The notes beneath the pieces were generated by a model. It was given only the letters and a program-made list of their open reading frames with translations. It was not told the DNA's origin and ran no database searches. Both the position numbers and the translations under genes were made by a program. From a virus (Duplodnaviria > Caudoviricetes), in IMG/VR virus record IMGVR_UViG_3300009507_000024, positions 1 through 53,744 of that record: a stretch of 53,744 bases of DNA; one strand, 5' to 3'. How positions within the stretch are numbered: position 1 is the stretch's first letter; every line of letters begins with the position of its first letter. This document shows positions 28,619-39,300 of this stretch, in pieces.

Positions 28619-28942
28619 TTACGCCGCTGTAGATGTTTCTATACCATATACTACAGCATTTGTATCTGTACTATTAGCATAGCAAACAATCCTTTGTCCT
28701 GCTGATAATACAATACCTGTTCTTTCTAAAACACCATTTGCTAGTAATTCAACATCGTATTCAATGTATTCAGCAGTTGAAGGGCTACCTGAGGTAGCCA
28801 CTGCAACTCTAACATCTCTAGATGTAGTCGCTCTATTCACTAAATTGACTGTTACTACTGCGAATGTGTCAGCTGGGCATGTATATACAGTTGTATTTGA
28901 TGCTGCACCTAATGTGCTTGCCCCTAGTCTTCCATTTGCCAT
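28619..28942 (-). CDS. Small beta-rich virion protein (paralog family, copy 4)
   Basis: 107 aa; T.VYTCP....V.....N and L.AN..L....IVL.AG..I...A.......V.G.E pattern shared with 42242, 50888 and 51265. Confidence 0.75.
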   Translation of the reverse strand: MANGRLGASTLGAASNTTVYTCPADTFAVVTVNLVNRATTSRDVRVAVATSGSPSTAEYIEYDVELLANGVLERTGIVLSAGQRIVCYANSTDTNAVVYGIETSTAA

Positions 28943-28957
28943 TCTATATTACTCCTA

Positions 28958-31900
28958 TTATCTTAACATATAGTTAATTGCTAGTGGCAGTCCTGTAATA
29001 CCGCCGGTGAAATTTACTCTACTGTTTATATTTATCACTTGTCCTTCAACAGTAGTAATAACGTTACTACTTATGAAAACATCACCTGCTGTAATACTAT
29101 TAACGTTAAGCGATGCACCGCCGCCGCCAATTTGTGCTTCAATATAAGCTTTAATTGCACGTTGTGTAGGAACAACAGTATCTGAATTTGCAGTAAAGAA
29201 CGGGTCTGTACTAAATTCTGCAATACTTGCTGAGTTGCCGCCTAGTGTAACTTCACCTAGTGAAAGTTCTTGCAAACCTGCAATATTAAATGCTTCTGCG
29301 TTCAATGTTGCAACACCAGTTGATTGTTCCACACTAAAGACCGGACCAACTCTAAAGTTACCATCTTGGTCAGTAGCAGTAAAGAATACTCGTCCGCCGT
29401 CATTATCAACAGTTTCATTTGCTTGATTTGGTGCAATTAATGGTATTCCTGGATAGTTAGTAGTTGTAAATCCACCTGTGCCGATATCTAGGAAATCGTG
29501 TCCAGTAAGTCTTACTTGTGAGAATCTAATACGTATTGTTACATCTTCGGCATCTGCTGGACTATCTGGTATTGGCATTTCTGGAGATACTTGCAAGAAT
29601 GCTGTATATGAACCGTCATCTTCACCAATAAATGATATAGTATTAACTAGTTTGAAGATCTGATCCGGCAAGCTATCAAATATAACGTTAGAACCACTTA
29701 CTGGTCTTGTTGTAAGTCTTCTTACAGCAATAAAATCTCCTGATTGTAAGAAGTCTGCAAAGCCATTACTTCCTGCTGCATTAATAGATGCATTTGCTAG
29801 CTCAAACTGTGTTCCTCTACTATAGAAGCTAGGTTGTGCTAATGCGCCTTTACCAGTTCTTACAACAAATGTAACATCATAAATGTTACCCGGATCAACT
29901 ATACCACATCTCGGGTAGTATGCACTTGCAGGACTGCTAGGATAATTAGCACCTGGTTCAGTTAGTCTTACTTCGAACACTCTTGAACTTGCAACACCTG
30001 CTCTACCTTTTGCTCTAGCACCTACATATATCTTATGAGCGCCAGTAGTTGAGCCTGTTGGAATAGTTAAGAATGTTCCAGTTTTATTTGGATTACCAAA
30101 ACTAATTAAATCTAACGAAGGTGTTCCAGTTAAATCGGTTGCAGCATAAGTTTGCCAGTTATATCCGTCTTGTGTATAAGCAACAGTTTCAGCTGTAGTT
30201 GATGTCATTACAAATATACCATTACCAAAAGTAATATGTCTTGCAGTTAATGGCAGGGTAGTCTGTGTCCATGTAATACCATCTGACGATACTGCGCCTA
30301 CATTATTTGTACTAGCAATTGCTATAAACATATTTGCACCGTAAGTAATATCTACCCAAGTCTCATTAGATCCAGGTAGTGTAGCTGTAGTCCAGTTATT
30401 ACCGTTATCAATAGAATATGCAACATCATTAGTGCCGCTGCGTATAGCAACAAACTTTCCTGCTCCAAATGTTAGAGCATTATATCCAATTGATGGTAAA
30501 GTTCCGATACTAGACCAGTTTTGTCCGCCGTCTGAACTTCGAACTGCTTCGTTACCTGCTGCGTCAATTTTCAAGAAGTTGTTTGCACCAAATGCAATAC
30601 TTGGTGTTCCGGTTCCTCCTGGCATTGTTCCACTTGTCCAATTAATACCGTTTTGTGAATACACATAACTTGTATTTGCATCAGCAACAGCAACAATATA
30701 TTTTTGTTCTATTAGTGTAGAACCGTCGTCAATTGAGCCGCTTGCAATTTTATACCAGCCATTGCCGCCTGCTGGAGGCATTGTCATACTTGACCATGTT
30801 GTACCATCAGCACTTATGTTTGCTGCTGTTCCAGCACTTAGTGCAATCCATACACCAGTTTGTGCATCGCCTGATTGATCAAATGCAACAACTTCTCCGT
30901 TGTCGCCAACACTCGTTACTGTTAATATTAAATCGTTTGTAACATTCTGGCCACCTAGTGTTGAACCATTAATTGTAATAGTGTCAAGTCTGGCATATCC
31001 AGTGCCTTGTATAGTAGCAGGACCACCGTCATCTAGTGTTGCTGTAACAATATACTTACTACCTACTTTTTCAATATCAAACTGTGCGCCACTTCCTGAC
31101 CCAGATGTACTATCTTGTGTAACTGTAGCATAAGATGCATTTGTGATAAAGTATTCTGAATCTACCCAATCATTTGCACTATTAAACGATGCAGTAACAG
31201 CTGATCTCGGAGGAGCACTAAACAATACATTAGGTTCAATTTCATATGTTGTTGAAGCATTCGGAGCAACTGGATCTCTTCCTAGTGCAAATGTTTCCCA
31301 TCCTGCTTCAACAAGTACTGCTCTACCTGTTCCTGATCCTGCGCCTGTAGCTGTAAATAATTGTCCTACAAAGTTAGGTGTAGGGGCGCCAATAGCTGCC
31401 CAATCAGTAGTACCTACATATTCAATTAGATACTGGCTTGATCCACTAAAGCTTCCTGCATCAACAGTTTCTACTTCTCTAACAACTGTTGCTTGTTTAG
31501 TACCGGAATCATATGTATCAATAATGCCAAATTGTCCTGCTCCAGTGCCGCCTGTTAAAACAATTTTCATACCGATATATGCAGTAGAAATACTACCATC
31601 TGTGGCAGCAAGTGTAATTTGACTTGTAGTTCCCGACTGTGCTGTATTTTGTGCAACAGTATATCCTTCACCACCAGCCGTAGCAGCAGTACTATCGCCA
31701 CCTTCTTCAGTAACTCTTACTTCAAATACAGAACCATCTCTAAAATCAGTATCGTCATAAACAACTTCTTCGTTATCACCTGCACCAAATACTTCTGCTA
31801 ATGCTTCAGTGTATTCATTTCCAGCATGTGAATATTCAAATGCAAGAAGATTATTTTGGTCAGTTGAAACATTATTAATAACAGCATTATACTGTAATCT

Positions 31901-34900
31901 ATTATCAACAATTGCTTTTACTGGAATTTCAGTAGCATCAACACCTTCTGCAACTGATCCAAATGTACCATACGAGTTGTTGCCGTTCGTAGCACGAGCT
32001 CTACCGCCTGATTCACATAAGTAACCAATATGTGCATAGTAAGTAAAGACAGACACCATTTCAGCTCTACCATTATTTAATAGCCATGCACCAATTCCGT
32101 CACTGATAACTTGTGTAAAGTCATTACTAACAATTGAGTCATTGCCGCCGTCATGTAAATCACCGTCAATTTTTTGACCAACTGCTGCGTTTCCGAACGT
32201 TGTACAGTTTTGTACATAAGGCGATCTTGCTGTAATCCAAGCTCTTTTATCCTTAGGTCCCCAACCTGGATCTAGACTTGCATAGGCGCCTGCTGTAACA
32301 CGTCTTGTTCCAAATTGATTTTCCGGAGTAAGATCTCCGTTAAGACCTTCCATTGTTTGTAGTCTTAAGCCAGTACCGTTACGTAAGTAATAGAAGTCTT
32401 CTTCTTGACAACCTAATACACTGTTTGCATAGTATCTTGCAGCATATTTTGTTTTGTAGTTACTTGGCATTACAACTTTAATATTATCAGTGTATTCTCT
32501 AATAAAGTCTCTTGGATAAATTAAATCCCATTTAACTGCATCAAGATATGCTGTAACATCTCTTGCACAAATAGATTCACTATAATCATACACTGCTTGA
32601 ACATTCATTGAACTTTCGTGTGTTTCAATGTTTTGTGTCGGTCCGTTAGCTGTAAGAGATATTTGAAATTGTGTATCGCTTAAAATGTTTCTTACATAAT
32701 ATGTTGTATCATCTACAAGACCTGCGTTTTCTACTGAATTTGTAGAATCTTCTGTGTCTGTAAATTTAATTGGCATATTAATTGATAGCCAAGATGTATC
32801 ACTCATAGTAAGGATTTCTGTTGGACCATCTGTTGCTGTTACTACCCCTGAAAAGTAATCATCAATATATGCATGTACTTCTGCAATAATAAAATCTTTG
32901 TTAAGTTCTATTTGTCTATTTGCATGCCAGTTGTTTGGATCTGCAACCTGTTTGTTAGAACCTTCATTCACAGTTGCTATAAAGATCATATCGTTTGCAT
33001 ACTGATATGCAAAGTCAATTGCTGCGTCAGCTGATGCTTCTGATGCATTTGCTTTTACTTGCTCTGCTGCATATAAGTTTGCAGCAATTGTTGCTTCAGC
33101 TTGGTCGCCATATACTTTTGCTGACGAAGATCTTCTATATGCATATCCTGCAATCATACTTGCAAAGTTTGATCCAAGTGCTGCATCGTATGCTGCGGCT
33201 GTAGCAATTAATTCAATGTCTCTTTCACATTTAGCTTGTTCATATACTAAGTTCGGAAAATTATTTGTAATAAATGTAATTACATTTGATTTTACTGTTG
33301 TTAAATTTCCTGCATTAATAATTGCTGCATGATCTGCTTGTAATCCTGCACTTGCACCTGTGATATCAGGATAAACTGTTGCAGGTGCATTATCTGGACC
33401 TAGGTTAATTATTGTAATAATATCATTTACATTGTTTGTAATAAGAGATGCAGCGGCTGCTGATCCAGCTTCGCCGTTAAATTGAGTTTTTACAGTTTGT
33501 TCTACAGGAGAAACAGCAATACTTCTTGATATCGGTGCAAGTATATCTCTCAAGTAGCCATAAGCAGCAAGTGTTGCTGTCTTTTCTTCTGAATCAATTT
33601 GGAATGGACTATCTGATGCTGTTCCGGCATAATATGCTAATCCGGCATTAATACTTTGCCAATTGCCGCCATATGTTAAATCATAACCTAACGCATCGAC
33701 AATGTACCCAACGTCTTGCTTACATTTTGTTCTACTATAATTTAAGCTTGAATAGTTATTAGTAATATATGCAATAACTTCTGCTCTAATAAAGTCGATA
33801 TTTTTAAGTATTAGATCTCTCGCATAACCAAATTCTGCATCAAATCCTGAAGGATTTGGAATTGTTCTTTCATGCTTTGTACCTAATCTAAAATCAATGT
33901 CTTTTCTAATTGTGCGTACAGCTTGCTTTGTACCAGTTGCAGTTGATTCAACTGCAAACGGAAACTCTCTGCTCTGTGCAACTAAGTTGTTTGTACTCGG
34001 AGTTACTGCTATACCTTGTACAACATCGCCTATAATATCTTCGATTCTTTGAGTAGCAGCATAACTAAACTGACTATCAAAAATATCAACTAATGTATAA
34101 TTAGAATCTTTTCTAGGTTGTACATTCGTTGAACGTAGTTCGTCGCCGATAATACAACATTCTGCAGGAACTATAATTGGTAGATTTTCATAATATTTTC
34201 CAGTTGAAACTTTAATTAAAACAGTTCTAATTAGTCTAGCTGGAATATTTTCATCTGTACCTTCTGTGATTGCATCTGTAATTATGCCAACTAATGATGT
34301 AATGTCGGCTAATACATTTTCGGCTTGCAACCCATCTTCAAAATATTGTTCAACTACTGCGGTTGAATTATCACCGTTAGTAACTTGATAATTTACATCT
34401 GGTGCAGTTTGTGCAATAACATTTGCTATTACACTTAGGCCATATGTAATCGATGCAACAGTTTCTTCCTCTTGACCTAATGTGTAGAATTTAGATGCAT
34501 TATTAACATACTCCAACGCTGCTTCTCTCGATTTAACATTTCCGCCATGTGTGATATCATAAATGAGTGCATCTACAATATAACCCATATCGCGCTCGCA
34601 TTTTGCCGAATCATACTCAAAGTTAATATTAAACGGTAAAGCCCCTGTCGTAACTTGATTATCTGTCCATTCAACAATTTCTCTTTGTATAAAGTATCTA
34701 TTAAGTTCTAGTAATCTTTTTGCATTTGGATTCTTAGTACCGTTTTCTACTTGCTCACACGCATATCTAATGCTTTTCCACGGTTTGTCTAGACCTTTAC
34801 CATGCACAGGTGCAGGACCATCAGTCCCGTGTTCTGCTACATAATAAACATCTTCAGTTTGACCTCTAAATGCCCATTCAGGTATTCCTTCTGGACTTAC

Positions 34901-36259
34901 TTCTAATACTTGACCTTCAATACCTACTGGCAATCTTGCCGGACCAGCGCCTGCATAATAGACCAAATCACCAGTTGTGTTAAGAACTGATTCTTCACTA
35001 CCGATACTTAATACATTCCAGTATGTAGCATTAATATCTAAGTCAGGACGAGAATTTTCGTTGCCGCCGCCTTGGCCAAGCTCTGGTTGTACTGACGAAA
35101 AGTCGTCGCCTTCCGAAAAGTGAGTTAGAACACATACATATGAGTTATCACCGAAGCGTATAACATCACCTTCTAAGTATTCTTGATCATCTAGCCATAC
35201 ACCTCTCCAACGCAAGCCTGTATTTAATAGCTGCCATTCGTGAGCTTCTGGATCAGCTGGTGACGACTCAGGTTCTACATCAGTATTCTTAGTTTTTGCA
35301 ATGTAAGTAAAGCCGCCCCTAGTAACTAGTTCGCCAGCATTATATTCTACACTAGAATCTTCGTTCCATTCTCCTAAGAATTTAATACCTTGTATAAACA
35401 GTGTCCAATTTGTTCCGTCGTCAGTTTGCGGATCAGAACCACTATGTGTTTTAACTGCAATATACTGATTACCTCCTGAAACAACAATGTCGCCTGACTG
35501 GTATTTTTTAAACGGAGACCATTCGCCTTCAAACTCAAAACCATCAACTAGTTTTGTCCAGTAATCTTCGTCAGTAACAAAGCTGTTTGTAGATGTGTGC
35601 GGAGTGACACAAATATAAAGGCCTGCACCAAATTGTACAATATCATTTACTTTATATCTTACATCGGATGACCAACTTTGTTTGTAGTCTAACCCTTGAT
35701 TAAAAACATCCCAGTTTGCTGCATCTGCTTCTAAACCTAACGCTGTTGTAGCAGATGATGTATGTAATGATTTAGAAACATATGTGGCGGAGCCATACTT
35801 AACAAAGTCATTAATTCTATATCTTGTACTAGGTGTCCAATTACCCTTCCAATCTAAACCTTCGGCATATATATCCCATTTAGAACCTGTTGTTGGTTTT
35901 CCTGCAGAATCAAAATTAATATCGTTTTCAATTCCAAAAGTTGGTTCAACTAAATCTTCAGTTGAAAGATGTACTTCTGTACAAATGTAAAGTCTAGCAC
36001 CGTAGCTTACAATATCGTCTAAAACATATCTTACATCAGGTACCCATATACCTCTGTAGTTTTGACCATCTGAAACTAGGTTCCATTTTGGTGGTGAAAT
36101 TTGAAAATCTGTAAAGAAATCTGGGGATGATGTGTGCCCAATTACACAAATATATACTTTGCCGCCAACTGCAACAACGTCATCTTTGTAGTAAGTATCT
36201 CCTGTTGCCCAGTCGCCTTTCCAAACAAATCTAATTCTACCTAACTTAAATTCTGCCAT
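28958..36259 (-). CDS. Very large fibre/baseplate protein, 2433 aa
   Basis: N-terminal W....Y...D.V..G...Y.C...H.S repeats (CBM5/12-like), YYVA.HG.D module, four CxRD helical repeats, RSPYVQN/SNDFTQ beta-helix-like region, S.DG..W Asp-box repeats; paralog of 36304..41781. Confidence 0.8.
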   Translation of the reverse strand: MAEFKLGRIRFVWKGDWATGDTYYKDDVVAVGGKVYICVIGHTSSPDFFTDFQISPPKWNLVSDGQNYRGIWVPDVRYVLDDIVSYGARLYICTEVHLSTEDLVEPTFGIENDINFDSAGKPTTGSKWDIYAEGLDWKGNWTPSTRYRINDFVKYGSATYVSKSLHTSSATTALGLEADAANWDVFNQGLDYKQSWSSDVRYKVNDIVQFGAGLYICVTPHTSTNSFVTDEDYWTKLVDGFEFEGEWSPFKKYQSGDIVVSGGNQYIAVKTHSGSDPQTDDGTNWTLFIQGIKFLGEWNEDSSVEYNAGELVTRGGFTYIAKTKNTDVEPESSPADPEAHEWQLLNTGLRWRGVWLDDQEYLEGDVIRFGDNSYVCVLTHFSEGDDFSSVQPELGQGGGNENSRPDLDINATYWNVLSIGSEESVLNTTGDLVYYAGAGPARLPVGIEGQVLEVSPEGIPEWAFRGQTEDVYYVAEHGTDGPAPVHGKGLDKPWKSIRYACEQVENGTKNPNAKRLLELNRYFIQREIVEWTDNQVTTGALPFNINFEYDSAKCERDMGYIVDALIYDITHGGNVKSREAALEYVNNASKFYTLGQEEETVASITYGLSVIANVIAQTAPDVNYQVTNGDNSTAVVEQYFEDGLQAENVLADITSLVGIITDAITEGTDENIPARLIRTVLIKVSTGKYYENLPIIVPAECCIIGDELRSTNVQPRKDSNYTLVDIFDSQFSYAATQRIEDIIGDVVQGIAVTPSTNNLVAQSREFPFAVESTATGTKQAVRTIRKDIDFRLGTKHERTIPNPSGFDAEFGYARDLILKNIDFIRAEVIAYITNNYSSLNYSRTKCKQDVGYIVDALGYDLTYGGNWQSINAGLAYYAGTASDSPFQIDSEEKTATLAAYGYLRDILAPISRSIAVSPVEQTVKTQFNGEAGSAAAASLITNNVNDIITIINLGPDNAPATVYPDITGASAGLQADHAAIINAGNLTTVKSNVITFITNNFPNLVYEQAKCERDIELIATAAAYDAALGSNFASMIAGYAYRRSSSAKVYGDQAEATIAANLYAAEQVKANASEASADAAIDFAYQYANDMIFIATVNEGSNKQVADPNNWHANRQIELNKDFIIAEVHAYIDDYFSGVVTATDGPTEILTMSDTSWLSINMPIKFTDTEDSTNSVENAGLVDDTTYYVRNILSDTQFQISLTANGPTQNIETHESSMNVQAVYDYSESICARDVTAYLDAVKWDLIYPRDFIREYTDNIKVVMPSNYKTKYAARYYANSVLGCQEEDFYYLRNGTGLRLQTMEGLNGDLTPENQFGTRRVTAGAYASLDPGWGPKDKRAWITARSPYVQNCTTFGNAAVGQKIDGDLHDGGNDSIVSNDFTQVISDGIGAWLLNNGRAEMVSVFTYYAHIGYLCESGGRARATNGNNSYGTFGSVAEGVDATEIPVKAIVDNRLQYNAVINNVSTDQNNLLAFEYSHAGNEYTEALAEVFGAGDNEEVVYDDTDFRDGSVFEVRVTEEGGDSTAATAGGEGYTVAQNTAQSGTTSQITLAATDGSISTAYIGMKIVLTGGTGAGQFGIIDTYDSGTKQATVVREVETVDAGSFSGSSQYLIEYVGTTDWAAIGAPTPNFVGQLFTATGAGSGTGRAVLVEAGWETFALGRDPVAPNASTTYEIEPNVLFSAPPRSAVTASFNSANDWVDSEYFITNASYATVTQDSTSGSGSGAQFDIEKVGSKYIVTATLDDGGPATIQGTGYARLDTITINGSTLGGQNVTNDLILTVTSVGDNGEVVAFDQSGDAQTGVWIALSAGTAANISADGTTWSSMTMPPAGGNGWYKIASGSIDDGSTLIEQKYIVAVADANTSYVYSQNGINWTSGTMPGGTGTPSIAFGANNFLKIDAAGNEAVRSSDGGQNWSSIGTLPSIGYNALTFGAGKFVAIRSGTNDVAYSIDNGNNWTTATLPGSNETWVDITYGANMFIAIASTNNVGAVSSDGITWTQTTLPLTARHITFGNGIFVMTSTTAETVAYTQDGYNWQTYAATDLTGTPSLDLISFGNPNKTGTFLTIPTGSTTGAHKIYVGARAKGRAGVASSRVFEVRLTEPGANYPSSPASAYYPRCGIVDPGNIYDVTFVVRTGKGALAQPSFYSRGTQFELANASINAAGSNGFADFLQSGDFIAVRRLTTRPVSGSNVIFDSLPDQIFKLVNTISFIGEDDGSYTAFLQVSPEMPIPDSPADAEDVTIRIRFSQVRLTGHDFLDIGTGGFTTTNYPGIPLIAPNQANETVDNDGGRVFFTATDQDGNFRVGPVFSVEQSTGVATLNAEAFNIAGLQELSLGEVTLGGNSASIAEFSTDPFFTANSDTVVPTQRAIKAYIEAQIGGGGASLNVNSITAGDVFISSNVITTVEGQVININSRVNFTGGITGLPLAINYMLR

Positions 36260-36303
36260 TTTATTTTAACTCCGCGTTAGTATTATTTATCTTAACTAAA
36301 AAT

Positions 36304-39300
36304 TTACTCTGCATTCCTAAAGAAAAAGTCATATGCAAGCATACTTCCTGATATACCCATAGTCTCGGGTTCATTTCCTTCAAAGTTCATTCGTCTTGGT
36401 AACTCTAATACGCCGTCACCGGCAATATCAATTCTATTTGTTTCTGTACCAACTAGAACAACACCTGCTTGTAAATTATTAGTAGCAATTTCTGAACCAC
36501 CTTGGCTCAATCTATTATTAAAGAATGTTGCAATTGCACGTTGTGTAGGAACAACATTATTCGAGTCTTCAGTAAAGTTAATATCTGTACTAAATTCTCT
36601 AACAACTGTACCAGATCCGCCCAATCTAACACCACCTAGTGCAAGTTCTGAAAGACCATCTAATTCAAAAAATTCAGCACTAATGGTAACAATACCAGTT
36701 GCTTGTTCAACACTGAACAATTCTCCTGCTCTAAAGTTACCGTCTTGATCGGTACTTGCATAGAATACTCTACCACCATTTAATTCTCTAACTTCGTTTT
36801 CTGGAGAAGCAGTAAAAAAGTTTCCACTTGCATAAATCTGAGGATAATTTGTATCTTCAAAATTTCCTGTTCCAATATCTAAGAAGTCGTGTCCAGTAAT
36901 ACGACACTGTGAGTAGTTTTCACGTATTTCTACAGTAGTTCCGGTTTCCAATCCGTACTCAATTTCTAAACTAGGAGTAATTCTAAACTTAACCAATCTA
37001 GTTCCGCCGTTTGTTCCGTCATCTCCTAAATCGTCGATTGTACTTACTGTAAAGATTAACTTATCGTCAGGATCCTCTGTTTCGGGATCGCCAATTGATG
37101 CAAATCTAAACTGAGCACCGGGTCCAGGAAGAACACTCACACCTTTAAGAGTTACGAAACTTCCTTCTGGAATAATATCAGCAAATCCGTCTCCTGTAAT
37201 TTCCACTCTAGTGCTACTTGTTCTGTAACCAATACCTCTATTTAAAAAAGTAGGCTGTCCAATAACACCATTGCCTAATCTCAATTTATATAAAACAGCA
37301 CTTGTAAATGTGTTATCTATAATTTCTAAAATAGGATCGTTTATACCTGCTACATAGCCGCTGCCTGGATCCCAAATTTTCATTTCACTAATTTGAGAAC
37401 CTGTTACAACAGCTCTCAATTTTGCTCTTGCACCAGTAGTAACAACTGTGACGCCGCCTGTTTGTCTCAAGTCTGCTAAAACATACCATCTTGGTCTGTT
37501 ATTAACTGTTGCATGAGTTAGAGCAACATAGTCTTGCTCGAATTCAAACTCACGATCTTCCCAGTACCAACCGTCACTAGACGTAGCACAGTATGTAGTG
37601 AATCCAGTCGGCGGTGTTGGATCATCGCCCATATCTTTGCCGCCTGTATTGCAAACGCCAAACCATAGACCGTTTTCATATTTTACAGAATTCCATACCA
37701 TTGATGTTGAACCATCTTGACTAGGCATTTCTCTTCCTTCTGCCCAAGTTGCACCATTATCGAGACTTTGTACAGTTAAGCCGTCTTTGTCAAAACCTAT
37801 AAATCTATTTTTACCGAATGTTAAACTAATAAAATCATAATCTAAATCTGGCAATGCATTATCAATTCTTGTCCATGATGAACCATTTGCATTTGATGTT
37901 GCAACTGCTCTATCACCACTTGATATTGCAACAAACTTTCCTGCGCCGTATGTAACAGCTTGCCATTGACTTGCTGCTGAATCTCCAACTGTGTCATCAG
38001 GTACTGAACTTGAAGCCCATGTTACTCCGTCAATACTTCTTAAAACTGTGTTGCTATTTTCAGCAATCATAACAAAGTATCCATTACCAAATGTAATATC
38101 CGACCATGATTCGTTTGCTGGTAGTGATACAATTGTCCATTCTTCACCGTCACTTGAGATAGCTACCTCGTCGTGTTGATTTGCGATTACAACAAAAATA
38201 CCATTACCATTTACAACTTTAAACCAATCTGCAACACTTACTAAAAATGTTTCTTCCCAATTTTGACCGTCAGTACTATACCCAATAAAGTTTGGCTCAG
38301 CAATGCCGACAAATTTACCAGACAAGCCAACACCTTCTGTAACAAATCCAGTAACAGCGTTTGTTGAGTCATCAGTTGTAGCAGTAACAACAATAGTTAA
38401 GTTGTTAGCAGGTGCAGCGCCTCCGAGCTCTGTACCTAGAATTGTAATTCTATCATTAACTTTATATCCTGCGCCACCTGTTACTACAGTTACATTGTAT
38501 TCTGATCCTACTCTTTCAACATCAAATGTAGCAGCAGTTCTAGTAACACTCTCATCTACAGCACCAGTACCTTCAGTTCCTTCTACATCTTCATATGTAG
38601 CACTTGTATCACCGTGTGTGACATCTTTCCACGGTCTTGCATTAGGCAAATCATATACTACAGGCGTAAAACCTGGATCGCTAACAGTTATTCTTGGTTC
38701 AATTCTATAAACAGTATTAGTACTTAATGAAGCAACAATATCAGTTCCAGGAACAATATGATCCCATCCAGGACTTCCGTCTGACTCTTTAACTACAGTT
38801 ATTTCTTTACTAATTGGATTAAACGAATTAATAATACCGTACTGTCCTGTACCATCACCTGAGGTAATAATAATTCTCATATCTTTATACACAGCTTCGC
38901 TGCCTGCTGTGTCAGAATTTGCTATTCTAATAATTGTAGTGTTGCCGCTTTGAGCATTGTTTCCTACTTGTGCATAACCTGATCCACCTGAGTTTCCAGA
39001 TCCTTCATTTAATAGTCTTGACTGAAATATCGATCCATCAAAGAATTCTTCGTATGCAATTCTTGCATTTGCGCCTGATCCAATTACGCCTCCTGACGCT
39101 TGCGTATATTCTTGGCCGCAATGAGTATATTCAAATAAGAAAATTTCATCTTGGAACTCTCCAGCAAATGCACTTCTTACTAACGCTTCGTTTTGTGTGT
39201 TATCAACAATTGCAGTTCTTGGAATTTCGTCTGGATCAATACCAGTAGATATTGCTCCAAAAGAACCATATGAACAGTTACCATTTGTTGCACGTATAAC

